Assembly (NCBI GenBank): GCA_028534125.1
Contig: CM052817.1
Span: 43,216,001 to 43,280,000, forward strand
DNA: 64,000 bases
Direction of reading: 5' to 3'
Source of the DNA: Lama glama
Lineage: Eukaryota
Under the pieces are notes generated by a model. The model was not told the DNA's origin. It ran no database searches and saw nothing but the letters and a program-made list of their open reading frames with translations. This document shows positions 13,070 to 26,260 of the stretch, piece by piece (the first letter of the stretch is position 1; every line of letters starts with the position of its first letter). Position numbers and translations under genes: made by a program.

Positions 13070-13965
13070 CCAGCCCTGACCTCTTCTGTGTGCACCACTG
13101 TCTGTCCCGTGGTTCTACCTGTGTATTCACAGGCGACTCCAACACTCTTCCCAAAACTGAGCTTATTTTTTATTTCTGCCAAATCTGTTATTCCTATGCA
13201 TTTCCTATTTTGTTTTTTGGCTGGATAATCACCTATTCATCTAAGTCCTCACCATTCTTCTCCCTTTCACGTCCTGTTGATTATCCATTTCTGTTGATGG
13301 TACCTAGAAATTTTGCACATACTATCTCATCTCTTCATCTCTACTTGCATGTGTCTTTGTAACTTTTCACCTGAACTCTCTGCATTTATCTCTTTCCTTT
13401 CCAGGCTATTCTCCACAATACCCTCAAAGTCACTTTTCCAAAGAGTAAATATTCTGTCACTATGCTCTTACCTGAAACTCTGACTATCCTCCTCATGTCC
13501 ATTAAATAAATAAATATTTTACCATATAGTATAATTATTTAAGATACTTCGTATGATCTGTCCTCTGTTTGCCTAACTTTTACCCCACTAGAGCTTTCCA
13601 ATGTTAGATTCTAGAAACACAAATATCCTTGCAGTTCTTTGAACTCCTTATTTTATGCCTCCATGCCCTTGCATTATTTTATGCTGCTCCTTTTGTCTAA
13701 AATACTATTCTCTGCTCACCTTTCCCACTCCTGAGCCTGCTGTCTGACTGTCGTTCTCATAGTCATCCTTGAAGACTCAGTTCTGCCTGTGAGATTAACC
13801 CTTCAGTGAAGCTGATAGGCAGAGTTTATTTTTTGATTCTTACACTGCATATACTTCCATTACTATATATGGCATCATAGTATAATTCCTCATTTAGGTG
13901 TCACTGTGGTCTTTATCTCGCCTCCAGTCCTAGCAGTGCCTGAAAGAAGCAGCACGATGAATAAA
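13070..13965 (+). mobile_element. L2 fragment
   Basis: cagccctgacctc...ccaaaactgagct...tcatccttgaagactcag...cctagcagtgcctg...aataaat. Confidence 0.7.
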
Positions 13966-14819
13966 TGGGCATATGTAACAGCGAGCTGCAGAAGCATTTT
14001 GCGGTCAGCTGTAACCTGGTATATTTAGAACATCTGACAATAATACTATCTGGTCAGTGCTGCTTAGACTGGACTCATTGCTTAAGCTATAAAATTGAAA
14101 TATTTTGAATATTTATAGCATTTTAATAACTATAATTTAGAATGATTATGATTCATATCCACCTTACCCTTTCATTGACACATGAGTTTGTGTCCTCACT
14201 ATGAAATCATCGCACATAATTATCTCCAGATGACAAATAGTCATTTCAGCATAGCATGCAGATATGGAAAAGACATTTTATCTCTTTTTCAGTAGGGTAT
14301 TTACCAGAGCGTTTCATGTATTTTTAGTAGCATTTGCATCTTTACCAACCTTTAGTCAAATAAATTATATGACACATTTATTAAGATGCTCTGGACTTCC
14401 GTGTTTTAAGAAGACATGTGAATGAAGTGATTATACATGTACACATAGAGCAGATATGCGGGTTAAGTATGGTGTTTACTAAGTTAAATGGGGTCACTTA
14501 GCTAATGGCAACACTAGCCTAGGGATTGGTGCTTCATTTCAGGACTTCTCATACACGTCTACCACAGAGATGACTGCCTTTGTACCCCTGGGGAACCTAG
14601 ATGCTTACCTCCTACAAAGGTAAAATATATTTGAATTTGCTCGTTGTACCTCAGTTTTGCATTTTACCCCATTTTATATGGTCTTAAATAACTTAACTTT
14701 TAATGAGACCTTTATAAAACTCTAGAAGTCTGTGCTATGAGTAAGCCAGAGTTTCTAGCACTTCCCTTCTGTCTGTCACATATGCCAGGGATTCTGAGCT
14801 GCCGAGTTTGATGAGAAAG

Positions 14820-15010
14820 GGGGTAGGAGAGAGAGCACTGAGCCCCATCATAAAAGACTTACATCCAAAGATGGGTGTGCCACTTACTAGCTTTTGATCT
14901 TAAGCAAATCATCTGTCTTTTCAGAGTTTCATTTTCCTCACCTTAATAAGAATAATAACATCTGCCTTACCTCTTGAGAGGATTATTTTAAAAACTGAAT
15001 GAAAATTGCT
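14820..15010 (+). mobile_element. MIR
   Basis: gccacttactagc...gcaaatc...tttcattttcctca...gccttacctc. Confidence 0.7.
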
Positions 15011-17049
15011 CAGAGATCTGAAAACTCGAGCTTGGAAAATGAGCAGGAACAAAGGGAGTTCGCACAGCCAGAGTCACATCTAATTATCATCATATTGACC
15101 CCTTGTAACAAAGACACTGTTCCCTCCACCAGGGCCCTTACCTTTGGCCACCATCACTGCTGGCCCTTAAACCAGCACTGCCAGAATGAATTGTTGCCCA
15201 AGTCCTACCTCCAGCTGCAAGGAAGGCTAGAAATGCATGCCTTCAGCTTTTTGGTTTTTGATGGTAGGAGAGATTGGCCTATGAGACACATCCTTGGCGA
15301 ACAGAATGGAAACTCCCTCAGAGATGAGAGGAGATTAAGATGCTGGGCCTACAACACCTCTTTCTTGACTACTGTCACAGTCTCTTGACTGGTGTCGCTG
15401 CCTTCCGCTTTGTTCCGCTCCAACCCACTGACACTGCTGGCACCAGAGTTCCTTTTTCAAAGGAACATCTGATTTCTGCCACTGCTCTGTTTCCAGCCTT
15501 CAATGATCCCCTCCCCTCAGTACCTATATAAATGCAAATGCATTAGAATACACTGCAGACATTTCTAATCAGGTCCTCATCCGCCCCCACCGCCAGACTC
15601 TTCTGGGCATCCCATCCTCCACTGAACCCTGCTGCCTGCTCGCAATACTTGTTTTCCCAGCGAGTCATGCTGTTTAATGCCTCTTGGTCTTCCCTTTTAT
15701 AGAAAGAGGAACTGGAAGGAACTAAAACACAAAAGATTAACATACTAACATCTTCCCTTAAAAAAGACCAGTGTTGTGGGATCTTCCAGACAGGGAGGGG
15801 ATGAAGGCAGGGCCCTTCCTAGGTTCAGGCTGAGGCTGCAAAACCGAAGGCAGAGAACCCTGATGGAACACTGCTGTTGATGGAGACACTGCCTGCCTGT
15901 GGTCAGTGGAGAGGACCGCTGAGCCTGCCCCTACCACAGCACCAGAGCGACAGAGGACAGGGACCCAAGACAAAGAACAGTAAGTAGTCCAGACACAAAT
16001 TCACACCTCTACCCCATCTTTCTGGCTGACATGATCCTGGGATGCTTGTTTTGAACCACAGAGGAGGGGGTTTCCAAAAGTCACTCAAATGAGAACAATG
16101 GAATATTTTGCCTGATTACCAATGTGCTCTCACACCCAGTTGTACTTAATGTAGAAGAGGACTGTATACCTGGGGACCAGGAGTCCATGAGACCCATGAC
16201 CGTGCACACGCCTGTTGTCCCCGCACTTGTAGAAGTAACATTCCTTTTGTTGACTGACAAGTCAGCTGACTATGCGGATACAGAAAGTTGTGAAAGGAGT
16301 CAGAGTAAACTGTTAAAATCAGTTCCCTCTGGCCAAGGAGGATGGGGGGTGTGCAGGGGACTTCTCACTTCATGCTCTTCAGTACTACTTGACTTTTTCA
16401 CAGAACTGGTGTAGTGTTTTTATAATTGGATTTTTAAAAGCCAACTCAAAAGTGAAAGAAATCATGGAGACTCCTTTGTTGTTTTGTTTTTGGCATTTCT
16501 TAAAAAAAAAAAAAAGTCCCAGAATGTTTTGTAAGGAAAGCACAAAAACCACCTGGGAAATGAAGAATAAAAATTCCTTAAGTGGTTTCAAAGAAAAGTT
16601 ATAATGTTAAACATTATCCAGAGCTGTTTCCACAGAATATTGCTGAATAACGAATGTTGGACATTATTAACTAAAACGTATGCATCAACACAGCAAAGGA
16701 TAAAATAAATACATGAATAAAGATGGTGTTGCTGTCCTTTGCATATGCAAACACCGCTGTTCGGGACCATCGGTGGGCCATTAACCTTCCCATGTTTTTC
16801 TTACTTTGGCCCCTTGGGCGTCTCCCTGACGGGACAACATCCAGGCTCCCTAATAGGTAACCCAGGTTACCTGTTACTTTTCCTGTCCTGTGCACACTGG
16901 ATTTGATACCACACTCTTCTTTTCAAATGTGCATCCACCATATTTTCGCAATGGATTTTCATTACAACTCTTGAGAATAGACAGTTATTACCTCTTTGCT
17001 GATGACAAAAGCTCTTGCAGTTTTGACAGAGCTGGGATGAGGCTCCTAG

Positions 17050-17259
17050 TCTGCTGACTAGGAATGAAGTTTTCTCTCTTTCCACCAAGCTGCCTCGTCT
17101 GCACCCCCAAACTGCCATCCATGCACGCCGTCTTCTGTTAAGTGTTGTTCTAACAACACTGTAGACGTCCGACTCATTCTCCTCTAGTGCTGTTTCTCGG
17201 TACCCTATTCTTTTCTTCCACAAGATGAAAAATTGAATATAGACATTCAAATAGAATGT

Positions 17260-17292
<33 letters not shown>

Positions 17293-17420
17293 GTGTTTTA
17301 TTTCCCCAGCCAGGGTATAAGCTCTGTGAAGGCAAGGACCATGTACCCCTACCCCAGACCCATTTCGTGCCTGGCATACAGGAGGAACGCAATAAATGTT
17401 TGTTGAATGAATGAATGACT
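17050..17420 (+). mobile_element. L2 3' part containing a (TG)n microsatellite (17257-17292)
   Basis: taagctctgtgaaggcaaggacc...gtgcctggcatacag...aataaatgtttgttgaatgaatgaatg. Confidence 0.8.
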
Positions 17421-19038
17421 GAGTGTCAGCTACAGGATTAGGTAGAACCCTTTCAGTTGCAAATCCCGCATTTAAACTGGCTTGAACAGAGAAGAAATCT
17501 GCTGACTCAAGTGTCTAGGAAGTTCAGGAATCAGCTGGCTTCAATTGTAGCTCCCTGAGGTTAGGTTAAATTTCTTTTCTTCTTTCTCCGCCTTCTCCTC
17601 TTCCTCTTCTTTCCCCTCTCCCATCTTCCTATTCTCTCTCTCCTTCCCCTTCTCCTCTGGCTCCTCTGTCTCTGTCACACTCTCCCTCCTCAGCTGGGCA
17701 TCCTCCACCTCCTCTGTGCGTGGTGAGGATGGCAGCTGGTAGCTGTAGGATCACCGGCCTAATCTGGCCTCCCAGGAGAAAGAAAGTACGTCTACCTCAA
17801 CATCATATCTTAATTACAGGAAAAGAAAACGTTAAGATTGACCAGACCTGTGCCTTACGTGCAAATGGGGTACAGTGATCGGCAGCCCCTCTAAAACTGT
17901 GTGGAAGGGGGCGTGGTTTTCCCAGAGGGAGGGATGCTGGGCAGATGAAAACTAATGTTGGCTGTGTACTTTCGTAGGAAATTTTACCAAGAAGTAAAGG
18001 AGAGGCTGCTTTTACTACCAAGAGACTTCCAGCCTCTCAGAACTGAACTCTCCAGTTGGGGCTCAGTCATGACTTTGAACTATTTGACTTCGATCATAAT
18101 TTTTTAAAAGATGGACTGAATTTTATGCTTCAAATCCCAAGGTGTTAGTAAGTCAAGCACAGTCGTAAGACAAGCTCACCCACAGCCTTCATATCTAATC
18201 TGTTCAGCAAAGCGAGGCTGCAAAACAAGTTTTTATTGTTGTTGTTCACTTTGGCTTCCAGCCAAATAGGAACTTTAGAAATTTGTTTGTGGATAAATTT
18301 TGTTTCGGTGTCTGGGAGGAAACATGCTGCTTGGTGGTGGCCACAGGACGCAGATTCCCCATTCCAGGGAGGAAGACCTGCAGGCGACACGTTCGATTCT
18401 CTCCCCACGTGGAAAAGCACGGGCAGCTCATCTTCCATGTGACTGTTCAGGCACTGAGAGCGCTGAAGCTCCCGTAGCCTGGTCTTACGGGGAGGAGGGG
18501 GTTTTCAGTTTTGAGCATTTGTTGGTTTGTGCAGGCCCCTGTGTTTGAAAGCTGTCTTCTGGGAAAGAATTAATGATCAGAATTTTTAAAAAAAAAACTT
18601 TCCTTATCAGTTTCTACCTTTTGGTACTTTGATTTTATACCCTTTCCACGCTGGCACGAGCTGCCTGAGAATGCAACCATTTTATAAATGAATAAGAATG
18701 AGTAACAAGTCCCTATTCTGATGTCCAGAAACATAGGATCAGAGACTTAAAAGTGGTTTATAACACAGAAAGCTCTAAACTAGTTCTTATTTATCACAGC
18801 TCTTTTATAAACTGGGTCTTAAGGAGAAGGATTAGTGAACGGTTCGGCTTTTTAAAGTTATAAATATATATAATTAATAAGAAAAACACTGAAGGAAATG
18901 AAAACAACCTCACATCCTGTACTTCCTGACATCCTCTTTTTGATTTTGTGAAGTTTCCTGTCATCACTTTTCAGTATATTTATTTTTAAGGAAGTTCCCT
19001 TAGCAAGAAGATTGAGAACAGCACCCCGTCCCTCTTGA

Positions 19039-19062
19039 GACACACACACACACACACACACA
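19039..19062. repeat. (CA)n microsatellite
   Basis: Direct inspection. Confidence 0.9.
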
Positions 19063-19259
19063 GCTCAGAGAGTTAGAAATTTGTATTGCTGTATTCGTCC
19101 ACAATTTAAGCATCATGGCCACGACATACATCCTTCGGGGTAGCCATGGGCGATTGGGGAGCAGTGGTGAGAATCCCCAACACTAAAGAGAGAGCAAGAA
19201 GTACCATACCCTAGGTGTCTGCGTTTCTCCCAGTGAAGGAGCTATGAAACAAACACTTA

Positions 19260-19650
19260 ATGGTTATTAGCTATTATTGTTAATAATACCATTTCTTGAA
19301 CTTTTGCTAGGTATATCACTGTGCTTAGTGCTTTACACACACACACACACACCCCTGCATACTACAAATTTGTCTGTGTCCATGATTCTTAATAACAGAG
19401 TTTATACTATGGCTGTATTTTTGGTGGTCACCATCCATTAGTGAATCATGAAATTAATTTAATGGGTAGAGATAAACTCAATCTTATAATATCCTTGTGA
19501 AGCGAGTTATAGTATCCCCAGTTTACAGATGAGAAACCCCAGACCTTAGGAGGTTAAGTAACTCACCCAAGTGCACAGTTAGTAAGAAGTAAGCATGCAT
19601 TTGGAGCCTTTCTGTCTCCAAAACCTTGTCTTAACTACTAAGGCTATGTT
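19260..19650 (-). mobile_element. MIR with internal (CA)n and a small hAT-like fragment
   Basis: tttacagatgagaaac...gaggttaagtaactcacccaag. Confidence 0.75.
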
Positions 19651-20584
19651 ACATCAGTTAGCAGTTCTGGCTGTATCACATTACAAACATGACTATGTAG
19701 AGAAGAATACCTAGCTCCTAATGTGCTCTAGAAAGGAGAGCTTAAGGCTTGTGCATCATTAACCAGCTTGCATCGTGTTGAGTATAGGCCTGACTATCAA
19801 GTGTGTGTCTGCACGTGTGTCTGCGTGTTTAATTAGAGTTATGGAAAAAATTTTATAGGACTCAGTATCATTAATAGAAATGTCAAAACTCTTGAGTGAT
19901 TTCTTAAGCAAAGAGTTTTTTACTTTTAAAAATTCACAATCTTATCTTATATTTACATGGTACTTCACAACTTACAAACAGGGCTTTCCTGGATGCAATG
20001 TGACCCTCAAGCATTCTATAGTCTCTATGCATGCGGGGTTTGGATGGCACAGGCTCTAAGAGTGGTTATAGCTGATAACGCCTAGTTATCAGCAGGAAAG
20101 ACAGCACATCTTGGCCACAAACCAATAGTATAAAAATGATGCTTACAGATAATTTGCCATTATCAAATCCCAAGCTCTTAAAGAGGTAGAAAAGCCACCA
20201 AATGAATGATCAAACAGATGTATTTAATAGGTCCTAAAATGTTAAACATAAAAATGCAATCTATACATTGACTCTGGAATGCCAACAGCTTTTGAAGAAA
20301 ACACCTCTACATTTCAGAAATAACTGTGATGGTGTTTGTTAAATATATGTATTTCAGAAAGAGCTCCCCCAATTACTAGGATCACATCAGTTGTCAGCAT
20401 TTGTACACTGTCTCACTCTTTGCTTTTTTAGGAAAAAAAAAAAGTTACAGATACTCACACAACCGTATCCCTTCCAGTTTGTGCTGCCATTTTATTCAAG
20501 TTTCAGTAAGACCTTAACTACCCTCAAAACCTTCCTTGTGAGTTGGTCATAATGCCCATCAATTTCTGCTGCAGGTTAAGGCAA

Positions 20585-20810
20585 TGTGGGTGTTCACAAC
20601 CCACTCATGAAATCAATTTAGTGAGTACAGACAAGCAATTTTTAAAAAAATGAAACAAAACAGACTAGAAAATGTCAGAATGCATTACAGATAGTAAAAG
20701 TAAGCATGTTTTGTGAAACTTTTATTTGTGTTTTCTGTGTGTATTATGTGCTTACAGAGTGTTGATACTTAACGTGGGTTGCAGTCAAAATAAGATTTGA
20801 AAGCCACTGA
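20585..20810 (-). mobile_element. hAT-Charlie MITE (MER113-like)
   Basis: catgaaatcaatttagtg...agaaaatgtcagaatgca...gtgaaactttt...tttgaaagccactg; family name uncertain. Confidence 0.65.
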
Positions 20811-21264
20811 ATTAAGGCATTACCTTCAAAAGATATTTCAATGAAAATATAGTTTGGGGGTGGTTGGCTCAGAATGCACAGACATGTTGCTATGTGTAGT
20901 GGAGGCTGGAGGAAACTACTGAGAGGTGAGGGGAGTTGACAGCCAAAGCACAAGGAGGAAAAGGGAGCAGAGCTCCCTGTGGTCCAGAGTTTGACCTAGT
21001 GGTAGTCCTACTCTGATCCCAGCTGTGACTAATGAGATGAAGATATACCTCTGGGTACCACTGGTAGGGAGAAGAGGGAACTGGAGAGGAAGAGAGAGAA
21101 GAGGCAAAGAGGGCGAAAAGGGGAGTGTCAGAGTAGGATTGTGCGAGGCAGAACGAAGGTTGCAGTTTATATGTGAAAAAGACAGAGGGATAGAAGAGAC
21201 AAGAGCAAAAACTAAGATGTACAGGATGAAGCTTGGCAGATCTACGTTAAAAGAATGACTTCAG

Positions 21265-21720
21265 CTGCAGTAGCATGAGCGTGACTTGAACGGCTTAAAC
21301 AACAAAGAAGTATATTGATTAATCTACTGGTTCAGTGATGTCATAAGGACCATCCACAGCTTTAACCTCAACTTTGTTCTTCTTGTGGATTTAGGATGAC
21401 TATATGAGCAACTGGGACTATGTTCTTCTTTATTTCCATCCACGGAGAAAAAGAAGGCATTCCTGTGGTTCTCTGACCAGCAAGGGATAACTTCCCAGAA
21501 TCCTCCAACAAACTTCTGTTTCCATCTTACTGGCCAGAACTGAATCACATGCCCATTCCTGAGTGGGTGACTGACAGAGGGTGGTCATTGTTGGACTTCG
21601 CTCTGCAGCTGGGAATCAACCTCCTCCAGGCATATTTGAGAGGAAAGAAAAATTGAGGTTCTTTTGAGAAGAAGGGAAAGTTGTTTTGCTGAGTAGGCAA
21701 TCAACAAAGTTCACTACATA
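21265..21720 (-). mobile_element. MaLR LTR (MLT1-type)
   Basis: ggcttaaacaacaaag...tggccagaactgaatcacatgccc...agtaggcaatcaac. Confidence 0.7.
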
Positions 21721-24466
21721 CAAGAACCTTTAAAATTTTTGGTAGCATATCGTACTAGTTCTAGTGGGCTTGATATCAAATATTTCTATCCTTAAAAGAG
21801 TTTCATCTTTAGAGACCTATTATGTTATTTTCCTTCTCATAGAAAAATGCTTTTAGGAGGCACCAAAATAAAAGCAAAGAAATCAAGTACAGAGAACTTC
21901 TATTTTCCATATACTTCATTACCCAAAGAAATCTCAATTTTTACCCAAAAATAATATGTTGTATTCACTCCCAAAAAGACAATGCACAATGATTGACTTC
22001 TGTGGGAACAAACATCAGGGAAGAGAACCACTAGCCATTGTGAAGAGCTTATTTCTCTCTCTGACTCCCTCCCCCACTCAGAAGTTATACTTCAGCATTA
22101 TCCTCATGTGTACTTGCCAACTTTCTGCATCATGACACAAAGACATTGCTGGTTAGGATCATTCTAGCCTGAAGAAAGGCAAGCGCAAAGCCAGCCAGGC
22201 TTAGATGAAATGCACACTGTTTGCTGAGTGGCGTGGTGTTTTGAGGGATCCCTTCATAAAAGACTAGCATAAAGTCAATAGCCCAGATTTGCTCAGATCT
22301 GGGCTTTGGTTTCATTGTCACCACCCACCACTTCCCCACCCAGGAGAATTACAGCTAAGTAGTGTTTTAGCTACGTCCCCAGGGGAGTGTTGAGTAAGAA
22401 GTAAAGCATGCTGGGTCACCAATAAATCATTTCTGGAAAAAAAGGACATTTCAGGAAAATTAAACAAAGTGTAGAAAAGCCTTAGCTTGCAATCTGTTGT
22501 TGCAGAGTTTGAATGATGACTTTCCTCCCAGCTTAAACAAACACCAAGCAGGAAGCGCTGAATAGGAAAAAAAAAAAAAATTCTGTCCAGAGCCATAGAA
22601 AAAGAATAGCTCATGATGACTGTCATCATGACCTCACTGCCCGATTAAACAAAATGAAGGCAACTAGTTCTTTAATTCTTTCCAATTGAACTTCTAATGG
22701 TTTTCAGAAGTTCCACAGCGGAGACCTGAAAATCCAAGAAATCCAACCAGCCTGGAATGTGGTTTTTCAAAGTTACTTCAGACCTCAGCTAAATTCCCAA
22801 AGTAGTTTAACCAGTTTGCCCTCGTGCTCTGGCTACAAGGTGCAGGTAAATTGTTCTCCCTGGAACATCTACTAGTGGTAGGGCTCGGGGGAAAGTCACG
22901 TGCATATCTTGTTCACAGGGATTTGTAAATACCTTGTGAAGTTTGCAATCCATACCCTTCTTGTGTGCACTTTGTGATTTTCTCTGTGGTGAACTCTGCT
23001 GTTATCCCCCTGCCTTACTTTTCCTCTGCTACACAATTCCAATGTTTAGTTGTCTATTAATTGCCACTGTCGTCCCATCCCACAACAATGTCAGCCCAAA
23101 TTTATTAGCTGAGCTCACTGCTGGCTGGCTCCATAGCAACCAGCTGAAAATATTATAGGACTTCCCCCATGAGCCCATACTGAACAAAAGCACATGACCA
23201 CTTCTTTCTATTTTAACATTTGCCTACTTCAAGAGGAGCTGGGCAGAATTCAGGAAATATTTTTCAGCTGGGAACAGAAATAATCAACCAGGTCGAATGC
23301 TAACCCTTCTTTCTTTTGATGCCCTCTTGTTTGTCATCTCGCTCTAATGAATGATTCATGCCATTCACCTTGAATCAGTCAATTATGTTATCTGAATTTC
23401 TATTCTGTGCTTCCTAAAATTGACATTGCTAGGATGAATGAATTCTTATAATAGGTGGGGATCCAGCAAGCCAGTTGATATATTTGACTAAATAATTTCT
23501 CTTGTAAGATGTTTTTAAAATAATATTTAAAAATTTCAAAAGCTCCTTGGGACATTAACTAGCATTTTGGAAAAAGCCTAAGACACTGATTTTTGTTCTC
23601 TTCTGAGACTCCCTCCAGCTTTAAAATGCTATGAATTTATGAATAGATGCTACTGTATTCCCAGTAGGAGATTCTGGATTATTATTTTTTATGAAGGTTG
23701 AAGAAATTAGATATGATGAGGTGATGTGAATCGATGCATAAAGCACCAGAATAGCATGATTCTGCCATTATGTAATAATGCACAAAATAGGTACTTAACA
23801 ACTATTTCTTGAATCTTGTCAACGTTACATTTTTCAGTTGCCTGTTTGGTAATTACACAAACTATATGTAGTGCTATTTTCAAAATGATGGCTCATTTTA
23901 TGGAAATATATTTTATGGCTTGTATAACTGCAACATGTTTAGAAGGGAATTTATTTCCTTTGTGCTTTGGTAGGATGAGATCTGTCTTTCCTACCATCCT
24001 ACACGGGGCCTCCTTGTTTGCCTACGTACATGGATGACTTTAGAGAGGATTATGAAAGCACTCTTTTTCCTTCCATTAGATAGAAGTCAGGTATTAGAAG
24101 AGTGAAAGCCATAAAATTCCTCTTCAGGAATATGCCAAACCAGGCAAACAAACAGAAAAGCATTTGCCTCACTTGACCCTAACCATGCTAGTTCGGTTCA
24201 ACGTCTTCTCTGCTGAGATCCATACCCTTGCATAGTCAGAGCTAGACCAGGTGATGCTCTTTGTTCCATAGGAGATAAAAGGGCACCCTTACCCCTTTTG
24301 GTGTTAAAGGCATTACCCCGTATCCTTTAGCAACCCTGCCAATTTACCACGACAGTTCTCTAACCACCTTTTGGAGCTTGCCGCCTGGTTCGTATTTCAG
24401 ACTCCTTACTTCAGTAACCAACTGAGTCATTCCAGGTGCATTCAGTCTGGGGTCTGCCTGGACCCC

Positions 24467-24690
24467 ATCATCATCATCATTATCACCATCATCATCATAT
24501 CTCACACATTGATTACTATGTGCCAGCTAAGCCGTATGCTTTACATGCATTATCTCATTTAAATCTTAAGCCAACCCTACGAGGCAAGCACTGTTATTCT
24601 GTGCTCAGGTTATTAAGAAAGCATAGCAAATAAGCGACAGAGGCAGGACTTGAACCCAAGCAGTGTCTTAACTGCTATTCTCTGCCTCCT
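24467..24690 (-). mobile_element. MIR with (CAT)n tail at 24467-24497
   Basis: tactatgtgccag...tatctcatttaaatc...gcaggacttgaacccaagcag. Confidence 0.75.
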
Positions 24691-25581
24691 CCCAACTCTT
24701 GCCCAAAGGGAGAACTGAGTACAAGCCCCTTGGGTAAGAGCCAGACTTCCTAACCATACGGTGTCGGTGCCAATCTGAGGGAGGATGTAGGTCCAGCTGC
24801 ACTGAATGATTCTGCTTTCCAATCATCTTCTCTTAATTCTTAGTGACAAGAGGCCTTACTAATTTCCTTTGTATTTGAAATTAGCTTTTTACTTTTTATA
24901 CATACAATATGCTACAGAGAGCCCAGATTGCATTTATTATGGGCTATTGTGCCCTTTGTCTCTGTTCACAAGGGCTCTGGCTTGGCCTTAGCTTGTAGGT
25001 GAAGTCATCTTAGAAAAAGTTAAGAGCCACAGAAACAGGGTTTAAAAAATGACAAACATTGCAGGCATTTGTTTTACACTCCCACAGTCTTTATTTTCCA
25101 ATTTTTGTTAGTTGAAAACAAGAATAGTAAGACTTCTTAGAAAACAGTGGCTCTTTAGATATATCCACAACTACCTATAAACAAAAGCCAAATACACTCA
25201 CTCCTAAAGCCTCACCCCACACAAACCAGACAATATTAAGACGTCTTGGGAAGTGCCTTTTATCTGTAGTTATGCTACAGAAACATAATCCCAGAAATGA
25301 AGGGAAGACATATATGGCAATTACTTGCTTACCCTTTTTTATGGCATATAAACCAAAACAATAAAAAGGCGAAAGTGGGGGTTCCGTAAGAACTTCGTGG
25401 TGACTTTTAACGGTGGCACTTTCAGTTGTCATCTCAGTCGGTCTGATCAGAGATATTACAGAGGAAGAGAAGGTCCCTCTAAGGACCTGTCTTGCCTCCT
25501 GGAGACAATCAAGGCAAGAGAATAGTTCCACTGGGGATTATCGGGGTGCAGGGCAGGAATGTTGCTAGGGAAAAGAACAAA

Positions 25582-25728
25582 GGGGGGAGGGTATAGCTCA
25601 ATGGTAGAGTGCATGCTTAGCATGCACAAGGTCCTGAGTTCAATTCCTAGTACCTCCATTAAAATAAATAAATAAACAATAAATTTTTAAAAACCTAATT
25701 ACCTTCCCCCCAAAAAATAAAAAAAAAG
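25582..25728 (+). mobile_element. Vic-1-type tRNA-Ala-derived SINE (camelid)
   Basis: ggggagggtatagctcaatggtagag...gcttagcatgc...gttcaattcc...tacctcca plus taaataaa/cctaattacc and A tail; Pol III A and B boxes. Confidence 0.9.
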
Positions 25729-25738
25729 TTTAAGGGCC

Positions 25739-25872
25739 GGGGAGGGTATAGCTCAATGGCTGAGTACATGCTTAGCATGCACAAGCTCTTGGTTCAATCG
25801 TCAGTACCTCCAACAAATAAACAAACAAACCTAATTACCTGCCCCCTCCAACAACAACGAAAAAGGAAAAAA
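25739..25872 (+). mobile_element. Vic-1-type SINE, second tandem copy
   Basis: Same head and tail, more diverged. Confidence 0.9.
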
Positions 25873-26129
25873 CGGCCCTTTCACTTAATAAGAATAAATA
25901 GAAACCTAGCAAAAGCCTTTGGTTGGTAGGAAGTGGAACGTAGTTACGAGTTCTGAGTGACAGAAACAGGAAGGAAGAGGGTGCAGTCCCTCAGGATGTG
26001 TCGCGTTTAGCCTGTTAGGAAACCACACTACAGGGCACGTGGTGAACTCCATCTCTGCTCCCGCCTCAACCGTCTCCTCTTGGAATCTTAAATCATGTTG
26101 GATTTTGATCTAATGAGCAGGATAACTGA

Positions 26130-26260
26130 TCCTGAAAGGTGATCACCCACCTGAATACAAGGTTCTGGACAGCAGGGATCTAGTCTGTTTTGTTAACAGC
26201 TGTACTGTGAGCACCTGGAACATAGTAGGTGCTCAGTGAGTATTTGTTGAATGAATACAT
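26130..26260 (+). mobile_element. L2 3' end
   Basis: cacctggaacatagtaggtgctcagtgagtatttgttgaatgaat. Confidence 0.8.

Noticed and set aside
14041..14062. TAATACTATCTGGTCA resembling miR-200b/429
   Set aside because: Seed mismatch and no pre-miRNA hairpin in the flanks
24436..24633. His-rich ORF
   Set aside because: Artefact of the (CAT)n microsatellite at a MIR tail
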